Shown: one piece after another, positions 49,510 through 58,475 of the stretch
How the letters are laid out: each line of letters starts with the position of its first letter
Position numbering within the stretch: position 1 is the stretch's first letter
From: Clostridia bacterium
Lineage (GTDB): Bacteria; Bacillota; Clostridia; Oscillospirales; CAG-272
Assembly (NCBI GenBank): GCA_017444735.1
Contig: JAFSWB010000001.1
Location: forward strand, 1-61,339
Direction of reading: 5' to 3'
Length of the DNA: 61,339 nucleotides
Translations under genes and position numbers: made by a program
Notes under the pieces: model-generated
Seen by the model: the letters and a program-made list of their open reading frames with translations, nothing else
Database searches by the model: none
What the model was told of the DNA's origin: nothing

Positions 49510-49526
49510 GTGAGGACCGTTTTTGT
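49488..49526. terminator. Bidirectional terminator
   Basis: AAAAAACGGTCTTCAC-TTTCCG-GTGAGGACCGTTTTT. Confidence 0.75.
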
Positions 49527-49795
49527 CAGAAGACGTATTTCAGCAGGAGAAGGAACAGAATAAAATGCGCGACGGTGAGAAGCGGGAGGGAGATCATAAA
49601 GAGCGGCTTTTTCGTCTTGTGGCGGATGACGATCATCGTGAGAAACATCGTCGGCGCGCCGCCGAGAGCGGCGAGGAAGACGAGCGTCCGCTCGGGGATC
49701 CGCCGCGCGCCGCGCTTCGCGCGTATCTTGTCCGCGATCGCCGCGACGGCGGAGACGAGCGAGACCGCCGCCATATAAACGGCGTACGCGATCAT
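49526..49795 (-). CDS. DUF1294 membrane protein
   Basis: DK..AK.G..RIPE.TL...A..GG...RHKT.K; ATGA-coupled to rnhA. Confidence 0.88.
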   Translation of the reverse strand: MIAYAVYMAAVSLVSAVAAIADKIRAKRGARRIPERTLVFLAALGGAPTMFLTMIVIRHKTKKPLFMISLPLLTVAHFILFLLLLKYVF

Positions 49796-50253
49796 AACGG
49801 ATCGCTCTCTCCTCTGTCGAGGAACGCCGCCGATTCGGCCTGCGCCATCTCGTCGCACCGCTCGTTGTACGGATGACCGGCGTGGCCCTTGACCCAGACG
49901 AAGCTGACCTTGTGTATCGCGAGCAGAGAAAGAAGCTCCTCCCACAGCTCCGGGTTGAGCGCCGGCTTGCCGTCCGCTTTCCGCCAGCCCTTGCGGCGCC
50001 AGTCCTCCGCCCATCCGAGCGTGATCGCGTCGCAGACGTATTTCGAGTCGGACGTCACCGTGACGTCGCACGGCTCCTTAAGCTTTTTCAGCGCCGATAT
50101 GACCGCCGTCAGCTCCATCCTGTTGTTCGTCGTCGACGCCTCGCCTCCGGAGAGCTCCTTTTCGATCCTGCCGTAGACGAGGATCGCGCCCCATCCGCCG
50201 GGTCCCGGGTTCTTCCTGCACGATCCGTCGGTATAAATATCAACGTGTTTCAT
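49792..50253 (-). CDS. rnhA: Ribonuclease HI
   Basis: [28 protein letters not shown]...NE.CD. Confidence 0.96.
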   Translation of the reverse strand: MKHVDIYTDGSCRKNPGPGGWGAILVYGRIEKELSGGEASTTNNRMELTAVISALKKLKEPCDVTVTSDSKYVCDAITLGWAEDWRRKGWRKADGKPALNPELWEELLSLLAIHKVSFVWVKGHAGHPYNERCDEMAQAESAAFLDRGESDPL

Positions 50254-50433
50254 AACTCACACTCCCGCCTTTTCGCTCTCTTTATTCTACCACATCGCGG
50301 TTCTCCGTTCAAGTGAGAAAAAAACCTCCGCCGACTTCTTCCGCGCCCCTTGAAATCCCTCGGATTATGTCATATAATATACTATGGGAAAAGAGGTTCT
50401 CCGGGAGGAGATCAGAACGAGCTGGGGGCGGCA

Positions 50434-51921
50434 ATGCAGAAGATCGGTTTTGACAACGAAAAATATCTGAAGGAGCAGTCCGAACATATCCGCGACAGGA
50501 TAGCGAGCTTCGGAGGGAAGCTGTATCTCGAATTCGGAGGAAAGCTTTTCGATGATAATCACGCCTCGCGCGTGCTTCCCGGCTTCGCGCCGGACAGCAA
50601 GATCCGGATGCTGATGAAGCTGAAGGATCACGCGGAGATCATTATCGTCGTCTCCGCCGAGGCGATCGAACAGAACAAGGTCCACGCGGCGGTCGGGCTG
50701 ACGTACGATATGGACGCCCTCCGGCTGATCGACGCTTTTACCGAGATCGGGCTTCTCGTCAGGTCGGTCGTCATCACCCACTACAAGGGCCAGCCGGCGG
50801 CTGACAAATTCATGGCGCGCCTCGAGAACCTCGGCGTTAAGGTCTACCGCCACTATCCGATCCCCGGATATCCGTCCAATACAAAGCTCATCGTCAGCGA
50901 GGACGGATACGGCAAAAACGAGTACATAGAGACCGAAAGGTCGCTCGTCGTCGTCACCGCGCCCGGTCCGGGAAGCGGCAAGATGGCGACGTGCCTCTCC
51001 CAGCTTTACCACGACAATCTGCGCGGGATCAAGTCCGGATACGCGAAATTCGAGACGTTCCCGATCTGGAATCTGCCTCTGAACCACCCCGTCAACCTCG
51101 CGTACGAGGCGGCGACGGTCGATCTCAACGACGTCAATATGATCGACCCGTTCCACCTCGAGGCGTACGGGAAAACGACCGTCAACTACAACCGGGACGT
51201 CGAGATATTCCCGGTCCTCAAGCTCATCTTCGAGGAGATATACGGCGAATGCCCGTACAAGTCCCCGACGGATATGGGCGTCAATATGGCGGGCTACTGC
51301 ATCACGGACGACGAGGCGGTCAGGGACGCCGCGAAAAAGGAGATCGTCAGACGGTATTACAGCACGCTCTGCAAAAGGACGAACGGAGCGGCGAAGGACA
51401 CCGAAGTTTACAAAATGGAGCTTCTTATGAACAAGGCGGGCGTCAGCCCCGCCGACCGTCCCGTCGTCAAGGCGGCGCTCGACAAAGCGCACGCGACGGG
51501 CGGCCCCGCCGTCGCCATCGAGCTTCCCGACGGGTCTCTCATTACCGGAAAAACGTCGCTTCTGCTCGGCGCGTCGGCGTCGGCGCTTCTCAACGCGCTC
51601 AAGGTCCTCGGCGGCATCAACGACGAGCTCCATCTCATCCCGCCCGCCGTCATCGAACCGCTCTCGCGCCTCAAGACGGAAAAGCTCGGCGGTCACAACC
51701 CGCGGCTCCACGCGGACGAGGTCCTCGTCGCTCTCTCGATATCGGCGTCGACGAACCCCGCCGCGGAGCTCGCCATGAAACAGCTTGACAAACTGAAATG
51801 GTGCGAGGCTCATTCGAGCGTTATGGTCACCGCGGTCGACTCCGGCATTTACAGAAAACTCGGGATCAATCTCACTCAGGAACCGATCTACCAGTCGAAA
51901 AAACTGTTCCACAGACAGTGA
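50434..51921 (+). CDS. DUF1846 (UPF0371) family protein
   Basis: KLYLEFGGKL.DD.HA.RVLPGF, APGPGSGKMATCLSQ. Confidence 0.92.
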   Translation: MQKIGFDNEKYLKEQSEHIRDRIASFGGKLYLEFGGKLFDDNHASRVLPGFAPDSKIRMLMKLKDHAEIIIVVSAEAIEQNKVHAAVGLTYDMDALRLIDAFTEIGLLVRSVVITHYKGQPAADKFMARLENLGVKVYRHYPIPGYPSNTKLIVSEDGYGKNEYIETERSLVVVTAPGPGSGKMATCLSQLYHDNLRGIKSGYAKFETFPIWNLPLNHPVNLAYEAATVDLNDVNMIDPFHLEAYGKTTVNYNRDVEIFPVLKLIFEEIYGECPYKSPTDMGVNMAGYCITDDEAVRDAAKKEIVRRYYSTLCKRTNGAAKDTEVYKMELLMNKAGVSPADRPVVKAALDKAHATGGPAVAIELPDGSLITGKTSLLLGASASALLNALKVLGGINDELHLIPPAVIEPLSRLKTEKLGGHNPRLHADEVLVALSISASTNPAAELAMKQLDKLKWCEAHSSVMVTAVDSGIYRKLGINLTQEPIYQSKKLFHRQ

Positions 51922-51943
51922 CTCCGGAAAGGGGGGACCGATC

Positions 51944-52570
51944 ATGAAACGGCTCGCCGTTTTCTTCAAAGCGATCGCCGCCGGTATAATGATAAGCATC
52001 GGCGGAGCGGTCTATCTCTCGTGCGACAACAAATACGTCGGAGCGGTCGGATTCTGCGTCGGCCTCATCTCCGTCGTAATGCTCGGAATGGAGCTTTATA
52101 CCGGAAAGATCGGATATATCCCCACGGAGCCGGTCTCGTACTGGTTCGACACGGTGATCTCGGTCTTCGGAAACCTCGTCGGGTGCGCGATCATCGGGTT
52201 CATCCTGCCCGCGTCGGATAAAGCGGTCGCCGCCTGCGCCGCGCGGCTGACAAAGCTCGTGCCGCGAACGCTCGCCGACGCCGCGCTCTGCGGCCTTCTG
52301 ATCTACGTTTGCGTCGAGATCTGGAAGAGGCATAAAAACGTCGTCGGAGTCCTGTTCTGCGTCCCCGCCTTCATCCTCTGCGGGTTCGAGCACTCCGTCG
52401 CCGATATGTTCTACTTTATAAACGCGAGATCGTTCTCGCTCGAATCTATTCTCTTCGTCGCTGTCGTTGTCGTCGGCAACGGCGTCGGAGCGGTCCTGAC
52501 CCACCTCCTTCTGAAAGGGGCGGAGAAGATCGCCGAAAAAGGAAAAAAAGGAGCGGATAACAATGTTTAA
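51944..52570 (+). CDS. Formate/nitrite transporter family protein
   Basis: AGIMISIGG, LYTGKIG, FILCGFEHSVADM, GN.VG. Confidence 0.88.
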   Translation: MKRLAVFFKAIAAGIMISIGGAVYLSCDNKYVGAVGFCVGLISVVMLGMELYTGKIGYIPTEPVSYWFDTVISVFGNLVGCAIIGFILPASDKAVAACAARLTKLVPRTLADAALCGLLIYVCVEIWKRHKNVVGVLFCVPAFILCGFEHSVADMFYFINARSFSLESILFVAVVVVGNGVGAVLTHLLLKGAEKIAEKGKKGADNNV

Positions 52571-53570
52571 GGATAAAAAGATCGTTTTCTCCGGCGTTCA
52601 GCCGACAGGCGTGCTGACGCTCGGGAACTACCTCGGAGCGCTTCGGAACTTCTCGGCGTTTTCCGATGAATACCACTGCTATTACTGCGTCGTTGACGAG
52701 CACGCGATCACGGTCAGGCAGGACCCCGGGGAGCTGAGACGGCGCACGTACGATATGATCGCCCTTTATATCGCCTGCGGGCTCGACCCGGAGCGGAACA
52801 CTCTGTTCGTGCAGAGCCACGTCCCGGCTCACGCGGAGCTGTCATGGATCCTCAACTGTTTCACGATGTTCGGCGAGCTTTCGCGGATGACGCAGTTCAA
52901 GGACAAATCGAAAAAGAACGCGGACAACGTGAACGCCGGTCTTTTCACGTACCCGGTGCTTATGGCGTCGGACATCCTTCTTTACCAGACGGACCTCGTC
53001 CCGGTCGGCTCCGATCAGAAACAGCACCTCGAGCTGTCCCGCGTCATCGCGGAGCGTTTCAATCACGTTTTTTCAGACACCTTCACCGTTCCGGAGCCGT
53101 ACATCCCGAAGACGGGCGCGAAGATCATGTCTCTCGCCGATCCGACGAAGAAGATGTCGAAATCGGACGAAAACGAGAACGCCGTCGTCAGGATCCTCGA
53201 CCCGCGCGACGTGATAATAAAGAAATTCAAGAGAGCCGTCACCGACTCCGGAAGCGAGATAAAGAGAGCGCCGGGGAAGGACGGCGTCGGAAACCTCATG
53301 ACGGTCTATTCCGTGTTCACCGGAAAGAGCGACCGTGAGATCGAAAAGGAATTCGAGGGAAAAGGGTACGGCGATTTCAAGGCGGCTGTCGGCGAGGTCT
53401 GCGCGGACGCGCTCGCGCCCGTTCAGGCGGAGTTCGCCCGACTCTCGGCGGATAAAAAGTACCTCGAGGAGGTCATGAAAAAAGGCGCCGAGGAGGCGGG
53501 ATACAACGCGCGCCGCACGCTCGCGAAGGTACGCCGGAAAGTCGGCTTCATCGACTTGCCGCGCGATTGA
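52563..53570 (+). CDS. trpS: Tryptophan--tRNA ligase
   Basis: SGVQPTG..TLGNY, YPVLMASDILLY, KMSKS. Confidence 0.97.
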   Translation: MFKDKKIVFSGVQPTGVLTLGNYLGALRNFSAFSDEYHCYYCVVDEHAITVRQDPGELRRRTYDMIALYIACGLDPERNTLFVQSHVPAHAELSWILNCFTMFGELSRMTQFKDKSKKNADNVNAGLFTYPVLMASDILLYQTDLVPVGSDQKQHLELSRVIAERFNHVFSDTFTVPEPYIPKTGAKIMSLADPTKKMSKSDENENAVVRILDPRDVIIKKFKRAVTDSGSEIKRAPGKDGVGNLMTVYSVFTGKSDREIEKEFEGKGYGDFKAAVGEVCADALAPVQAEFARLSADKKYLEEVMKKGAEEAGYNARRTLAKVRRKVGFIDLPRD

Positions 53571-53576
53571 GCGGAT

Positions 53577-53846
53577 ATGAAGGAACGGATCCGGCTCGTT
53601 CTTGACAGAACGGAAGGTGATTTTGCGATCCTCACCGACGAAGACGGACGGGTGTACGAGTGCCCGGCTTCGCTCCTGCCCGAAGGGACGGGGGAGGACG
53701 CTCATCTGCTCGCCGCCGTCCGGGTCGGCTCGGTCGTCTCGCTCACGGCGGACGGGCGCGCCGCGGCGACGGACAACAGGAAACGGCTTTTGAGCATTTT
53801 CGGCGAAAATGCAGTTAATAAAGATGAGAAAGGACCAATCGGAACT
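53577..53846 (+). CDS. DUF3006-like small protein, in frame with the downstream dehydrogenase (no own stop)
   Basis: VLDR.EGDFAIL...P.SLLP.G..E pattern. Confidence 0.6.
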
Positions 53847-55130
53847 ATGAAAACAAAGGCGGTCAGACTTCACTCCAGAATGGATCTGCGGCTCGAGGAG
53901 ATCGAGCTGCCCCCGATAAAGGACGACGAGATCCTCGCTTGCGTTATCTCGGACAGTATCTGCATGAGCTCGCACAAGGCGGCGGAGCAGGGCGCCGCGC
54001 ACAAGAGAGTCCCCGACGACGTCGAGGAGAACCCGGTCATCATCGGTCACGAGTTCTGCGGACGGATCGTCGAGGTGGGATCGAAGTGGGCCGATAAGTT
54101 CAAGCCGGGCGACAAGTTCGTGATCCAGCCCGCGCTCAACTACAAGGGCTCGCTCGCCGCGCCGGGATATTCCTACAAATACTGCGGAGGCGCCGCGGAG
54201 TACGTCGTGATCCCGCCTGAGGTCATGATCTGCGACTGTCTTCTCCCGTATTACGGCGACGCGTTCTTCTACGGCTCGCTTGCCGAACCGATGAGCTGCA
54301 TCGTCGGCGGATATCACGCGAACTATCACGTAAAGCCCGGCTCGTATCACCACGAGATGGGTATCGTAAAGGGCGGCCGCGCCGCGATCCTCGCGGGAGC
54401 GGGACCGATGGGGCTCGGAGCCGCCGATTACGCCGTCCACTGCGACAGAGCGCCGTCTCTGCTCGTCGTGACCGACATTGACGACGCGCGTCTGAAACGC
54501 GCCTCGGAGATCGTCACGGTAGAGGAAGCCGCCCGCTGCGGAGTCGACCTCCGCTACGTCAACACCGGATCGACCGACGATCCCGTCGGCCTTCTGCGCG
54601 GGATGACGGACGGAGAGGGCTTCAACGACGTGTTCGTCTACGCGCCGGTCAAGCCGGTCGTCGAGACGGGCGACGCGATCCTCGCGCGCGACGGGTGCCT
54701 GAACTTCTTCGCGGGGCCGACCGATCCCGCGTTCTCCGCGATGTTCAACTTCTACAACGTCCACTACGGCTCGACGCACATCGTCGGAACGAGCGGCGGC
54801 AACACGGACGATATGAGAGAATCGATCTCGATGATGGAAAAGGGTCTTATCAATCCCGCCGGGATGATAACCCATATCGGAGGGCTCAACGCGTACGCCG
54901 ACACGGTCATAGATCTGCCGAACATCAAGGGCGCGAAGAAGCTCATCTACACTCACGCGACGCTTCCTCTGACCGCCATCGCCGACTTCGGCAAGAGGGC
55001 GGAGGAGCTCGCGGGCACGCCCGAGGGCGCGCTTTTCTCCGACCTCGACGCGATCTGCTCGGCTCACGGCGGCCTCTGGTGTCTCGAGGCGGAGCAGCGT
55101 CTTCTCCGCGATACCGCGATCGGCGGATGA
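53847..55130 (+). CDS. Zinc-binding dehydrogenase, L-sorbose 1-phosphate reductase-like
   Basis: MKTKAVRL...DLRLEE, DSICMSS.K, GHEFCG, LAEP.SC, GAGPMG, GTSGG; own RBS AAAGGA. Confidence 0.88.
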   Translation: MKTKAVRLHSRMDLRLEEIELPPIKDDEILACVISDSICMSSHKAAEQGAAHKRVPDDVEENPVIIGHEFCGRIVEVGSKWADKFKPGDKFVIQPALNYKGSLAAPGYSYKYCGGAAEYVVIPPEVMICDCLLPYYGDAFFYGSLAEPMSCIVGGYHANYHVKPGSYHHEMGIVKGGRAAILAGAGPMGLGAADYAVHCDRAPSLLVVTDIDDARLKRASEIVTVEEAARCGVDLRYVNTGSTDDPVGLLRGMTDGEGFNDVFVYAPVKPVVETGDAILARDGCLNFFAGPTDPAFSAMFNFYNVHYGSTHIVGTSGGNTDDMRESISMMEKGLINPAGMITHIGGLNAYADTVIDLPNIKGAKKLIYTHATLPLTAIADFGKRAEELAGTPEGALFSDLDAICSAHGGLWCLEAEQRLLRDTAIGG

Positions 55131-55177
55131 CGCCGTAAAGGCGCCGCGTCGCGCGGGTACGGAAAAAAATACAAAAC

Positions 55178-55211
55178 AAACGGGAGCGTGGTTGACACGC
55201 CCCGTTTTTTT
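55178..55211 (+). terminator. Intrinsic terminator
   Basis: AAACGGGAGCGTG-loop-CACGCCCCGTTTTTTT. Confidence 0.7.
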
Positions 55212-55250
55212 GTGAAAACGTATAAAAAGTTCATTTTCGTGAAATAATGA

Positions 55251-55279
55251 TTGTAAAAGCGAACGCGCTGTGATATAAT
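55251..55279 (+). promoter_or_regulatory. SigA promoter
   Basis: TTGTAA-17 nt-TATAAT with TG extension. Confidence 0.65.
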
Positions 55280-55320
55280 TTCCGCAGGATCAAAAAGAAC
55301 GGTTCTTACGGAGGAACGCC

Positions 55321-55533
55321 ATGAAAATCAGGTGCGGAGTATCGTACAACAAGCTCTGGAAGATACTTATCGACAGAAAACTCAAGAAAAAGGACTTGAG
55401 AGAGGCGACTCATCTCTCCCCGTCCGTGATCGCGAAAATGGGAAGAGACGAGCCCGTCAATCTCGAGACGCTCGCCCTTATCTGCCGCTTTCTGAAATGT
55501 CAGATCGGCGATATCGTTGAAATAAAAGCCTGA
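55321..55533 (+). CDS. Cro/C1-type HTH regulator
   Basis: SYNKLWK.LIDR...K.DL, IC..L.CQIGDIVE. Confidence 0.88.
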   Translation: MKIRCGVSYNKLWKILIDRKLKKKDLREATHLSPSVIAKMGRDEPVNLETLALICRFLKCQIGDIVEIKA

Positions 55534-55556
55534 CTTCATTCGGAAAGGACAGCATT

Positions 55557-56693
55557 ATGGTAATAGTTGTATCGTGCGACGTGCTGGGTCAGAAGAACAA
55601 CGGAACGACCCTCGCGGCGTACAACCTGATCGACTCTCTCAAAGCGGCGGGACACGAGGTCCGCGTCGTCTGCTCCGACCCGGAGCGGCGGGGCGAGGAC
55701 GGGTTTTATATAGTGAAGCGCCTCCGCGTCGGAATATTCAAGGGATATCTTGAAAAGAACGGCGTCGCTCTGTCGTGGCCGGACCGCGCCGTTGTCGGAC
55801 GCGCTCTTGACGGCGCCGACGCCGTCCACGTGATGACGCCTTTCCCGCTCGGCAACTACACCGCCCGCGAGGCGGTCCGGCGCGGGATCCCGCTGACGGC
55901 GGGATTCCATTGTCAGGCGGAGAACTTCACCTCGCATTTCTTCATGAAGAACTTCAAGCCGGCAAATCTCGCGGTATACAGGATCTTCTATAAAAAGCTG
56001 TACCGCAAGGTCGGGACGGTCCACTATCCGACCGAGTTCATAAAGGACGTTTTCGAGAAATACGGCGGTCCGACGAACGGACGCGTCATCTCGAACGGCG
56101 TCGGCTCCGAGTTCACTCCCGGGGAGTCCGGGAGGGAGGACGACGGCGAATTCCGCATACTCTTCACGGGCAGATACAGCCGCGAAAAGAGTCACGAGGT
56201 CCTGATCGACGCGGTGAGAAAAAGCAAGTACCGCGACAGGATACGCCTCGTTTTCGCCGGCGACGGGCCGCTCCGCGACAAGCTGAAAAAGCGGTCGGCG
56301 GATCTGCCGCTCAAACCGGTGTTCAGATTCTTCGGAAGGGAAGAGCTTATCGGCGTCATCAGGAGCGCCGACCTTTACGTCCACCCCGCGGAGATAGAGA
56401 TCGAGGCGATCTCGTGCCTCGAGGCGATCGCCTGCGGAGCCGTCCCCGTCATCTCCGACTCGGAGCGGAGCGCGACGAGGTATTTCGCCCTCGACGAGAT
56501 GAACCTCTTCAGAAACGGCGACAGCGCGTCTCTCGCCTCTCGCATCGACTGGTGGCTCGATCACCCGGAGGAGAAGAAAAAGAGAAGCGAGGAATACGCC
56601 GGGTACGCGCACGAGTTCAACTTCGACGCGTGTATGAAAAAAATGGAGGAAATGATAAAGGAGAACGCCGCGGCGTCGACACGCGTGAGCTGA
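55557..56693 (+). CDS. Glycosyltransferase family 4
   Basis: NNGT, GH.V.V, GRYS.EK, E.E...CLEA..CG.VPV. Confidence 0.88.
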   Translation: MVIVVSCDVLGQKNNGTTLAAYNLIDSLKAAGHEVRVVCSDPERRGEDGFYIVKRLRVGIFKGYLEKNGVALSWPDRAVVGRALDGADAVHVMTPFPLGNYTAREAVRRGIPLTAGFHCQAENFTSHFFMKNFKPANLAVYRIFYKKLYRKVGTVHYPTEFIKDVFEKYGGPTNGRVISNGVGSEFTPGESGREDDGEFRILFTGRYSREKSHEVLIDAVRKSKYRDRIRLVFAGDGPLRDKLKKRSADLPLKPVFRFFGREELIGVIRSADLYVHPAEIEIEAISCLEAIACGAVPVISDSERSATRYFALDEMNLFRNGDSASLASRIDWWLDHPEEKKKRSEEYAGYAHEFNFDACMKKMEEMIKENAAASTRVS

Positions 56694-56698
56694 CTGAT

Positions 56699-57484
56699 AT
56701 GAAAAAGACCGAAAAAGCGACCGTGCGGTTTACCGACGAGAAAAACGACGACTTTGCGGGAAACAACATAAAAGCGGAGCCGATCGGACCGGATTTCAAG
56801 TACGTCCGGCGCGGCTTCCTCTGGCGCGCGGCGGAGTTTTTTATGTACCGGATCGTCGCGACCCCGCTCGTTTTCCTGATGGGGAAGCTCCTCTACGGAT
56901 TGAGGATAAAGAACAGAAGGGCGCTCCGCCGGATCAGGGGGACGGGTTATTTCCTCTACGGCAATCACACGCAGAATATGATGGACGCGTACACTCCGTC
57001 GCTCTCCGCGTTCCCGAAGCACGTCCATATCGTGACGAGCCCGGAGGCGGTGTCGATCAAAGGCATCCGCGCGCTTGTCTCCATGCTCGGCGGGATCCCG
57101 GTCCCGGACGGAGTAAAGGGGATATCGCCGTTCCGCTCCGCGATCGAGGAGCGGATAAAAGAGGGTCGGGTCGTCGCGGTCTATCCCGAGGGGCATATAT
57201 GGCCGTGGTACAATAAAATCAGAGATTTTTCCGACGTCTCGTTCGATTACCCCGTGACGCTCGGCGTCCCGTGCGTCGCGTTCGTGACTACGTTCAGAAA
57301 AAGGAAGATCATAAAGAACGGTCACCCCTATCTGACCGTCACGCTGTCCGACCCGTTTTATCCGGACTCCGGCGTCCCGAGGGCGGAGGCGCGGCGGGAC
57401 CTCCGCGACCGCGTTCACGCGTTTATGACGGACGTCGCCTCCGACCCGGACAATTACGAATTCATCAAATACGAAAAAGCTTAG
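56699..57484 (+). CDS. Lysophospholipid acyltransferase family protein
   Basis: NHTQNMMD (NHxxxxD variant), YPEGH. Confidence 0.85.
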   Translation: MKKTEKATVRFTDEKNDDFAGNNIKAEPIGPDFKYVRRGFLWRAAEFFMYRIVATPLVFLMGKLLYGLRIKNRRALRRIRGTGYFLYGNHTQNMMDAYTPSLSAFPKHVHIVTSPEAVSIKGIRALVSMLGGIPVPDGVKGISPFRSAIEERIKEGRVVAVYPEGHIWPWYNKIRDFSDVSFDYPVTLGVPCVAFVTTFRKRKIIKNGHPYLTVTLSDPFYPDSGVPRAEARRDLRDRVHAFMTDVASDPDNYEFIKYEKA

Positions 57485-57492
57485 CGCGCTTT

Positions 57493-58284
57493 TTATCCCA
57501 GCATTACGTCAAGAAGCATCATCAGGGCGAATCCCGAGACGATCCCCATCGTGGCGAGATACGGGTTGCTGCTCTGATTTCTCTGGCACTCCGGGATCAG
57601 CTCGTGAACGGCGACGAGGATCATCGCCCCCGCGGCGAACGAGAGGATGAACGGCAGCGCCCGTTCCGCGCCCGTGACAAGGATCGCCCCGGCGACGCCC
57701 GCCGCCGGCTCGACGAGACCGGACGCCTGACCGACGAGGAAGCTCTTCCACCGCGAGTAGCCCTCCCTTCTCAGAGGGACGGATACCGCCGCGCCCTCGG
57801 GAAAATTCTGTAAAGCGATCCCGACGGCGACCGTTACCGCCCCCATCACCGCCTCCGGGGGCGTTCCCGCTCTGCCGAGAGCGCCGAAAGCGACTCCGAC
57901 GGCGAGTCCCTCCGGGATATTGTGCACGGTGATAGATAGCACGAGCATTATGACCCTTCCGGGGGTCTTTTCTTTTTCTCCCGTCGCCGCTCTGGCGCGC
58001 GTCACCGCCTTGTCCGTCGCCCAGATAAAGACGGCGCCGAGAACAAACCCCGCCGTTACGACGAGATACGGGGGAACGGTCCCCGCTTCCTCCGCGCGCC
58101 GCGCGGCGGGCTCGAGAAGCGACCAGAAGCTCGCCGCGATCATCACGCCGGATGCGAAACCGAGCAGGACGTTCATCACCCTTCTGTCCGGTTCCCTGAA
58201 TATCAAAACCGTCGCCGACCCGAGAGCGGTCACCGCCCACGTTCCGAGCGTGGCGACGAGCGCGTATAATACAAGATGATCCAT
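57493..58284 (-). CDS. ZIP family metal transporter
   Basis: GVMIAASFWSLL, HNIPEGLAVG, QNFPEG, ELIPE. Confidence 0.93.
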   Translation of the reverse strand: MDHLVLYALVATLGTWAVTALGSATVLIFREPDRRVMNVLLGFASGVMIAASFWSLLEPAARRAEEAGTVPPYLVVTAGFVLGAVFIWATDKAVTRARAATGEKEKTPGRVIMLVLSITVHNIPEGLAVGVAFGALGRAGTPPEAVMGAVTVAVGIALQNFPEGAAVSVPLRREGYSRWKSFLVGQASGLVEPAAGVAGAILVTGAERALPFILSFAAGAMILVAVHELIPECQRNQSSNPYLATMGIVSGFALMMLLDVMLG

Positions 58285-58391
58285 TTTTACCTCCCGATCA
58301 CAGTATATTAAAGGGAGGACGCGTCTGTGCCGGAACGGTCTGACGCTGGGCGGAGGGCGAGAAGCGAGGAGTGAGAGGTAAGAGTTGAGAG

Positions 58392-58420
58392 TTGATTTTT
58401 TCGACGTTCTGTGATAAAAT
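58392..58420 (+). promoter_or_regulatory. SigA promoter of LTA synthase-like gene
   Basis: TTGATT-17 nt-TAAAAT with TG extension. Confidence 0.55.
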
Positions 58421-58475
58421 ATTCTTTACTAATTGATAAATCGACCTGATCGGTTGACCGGAAGGAGGGATCGTC

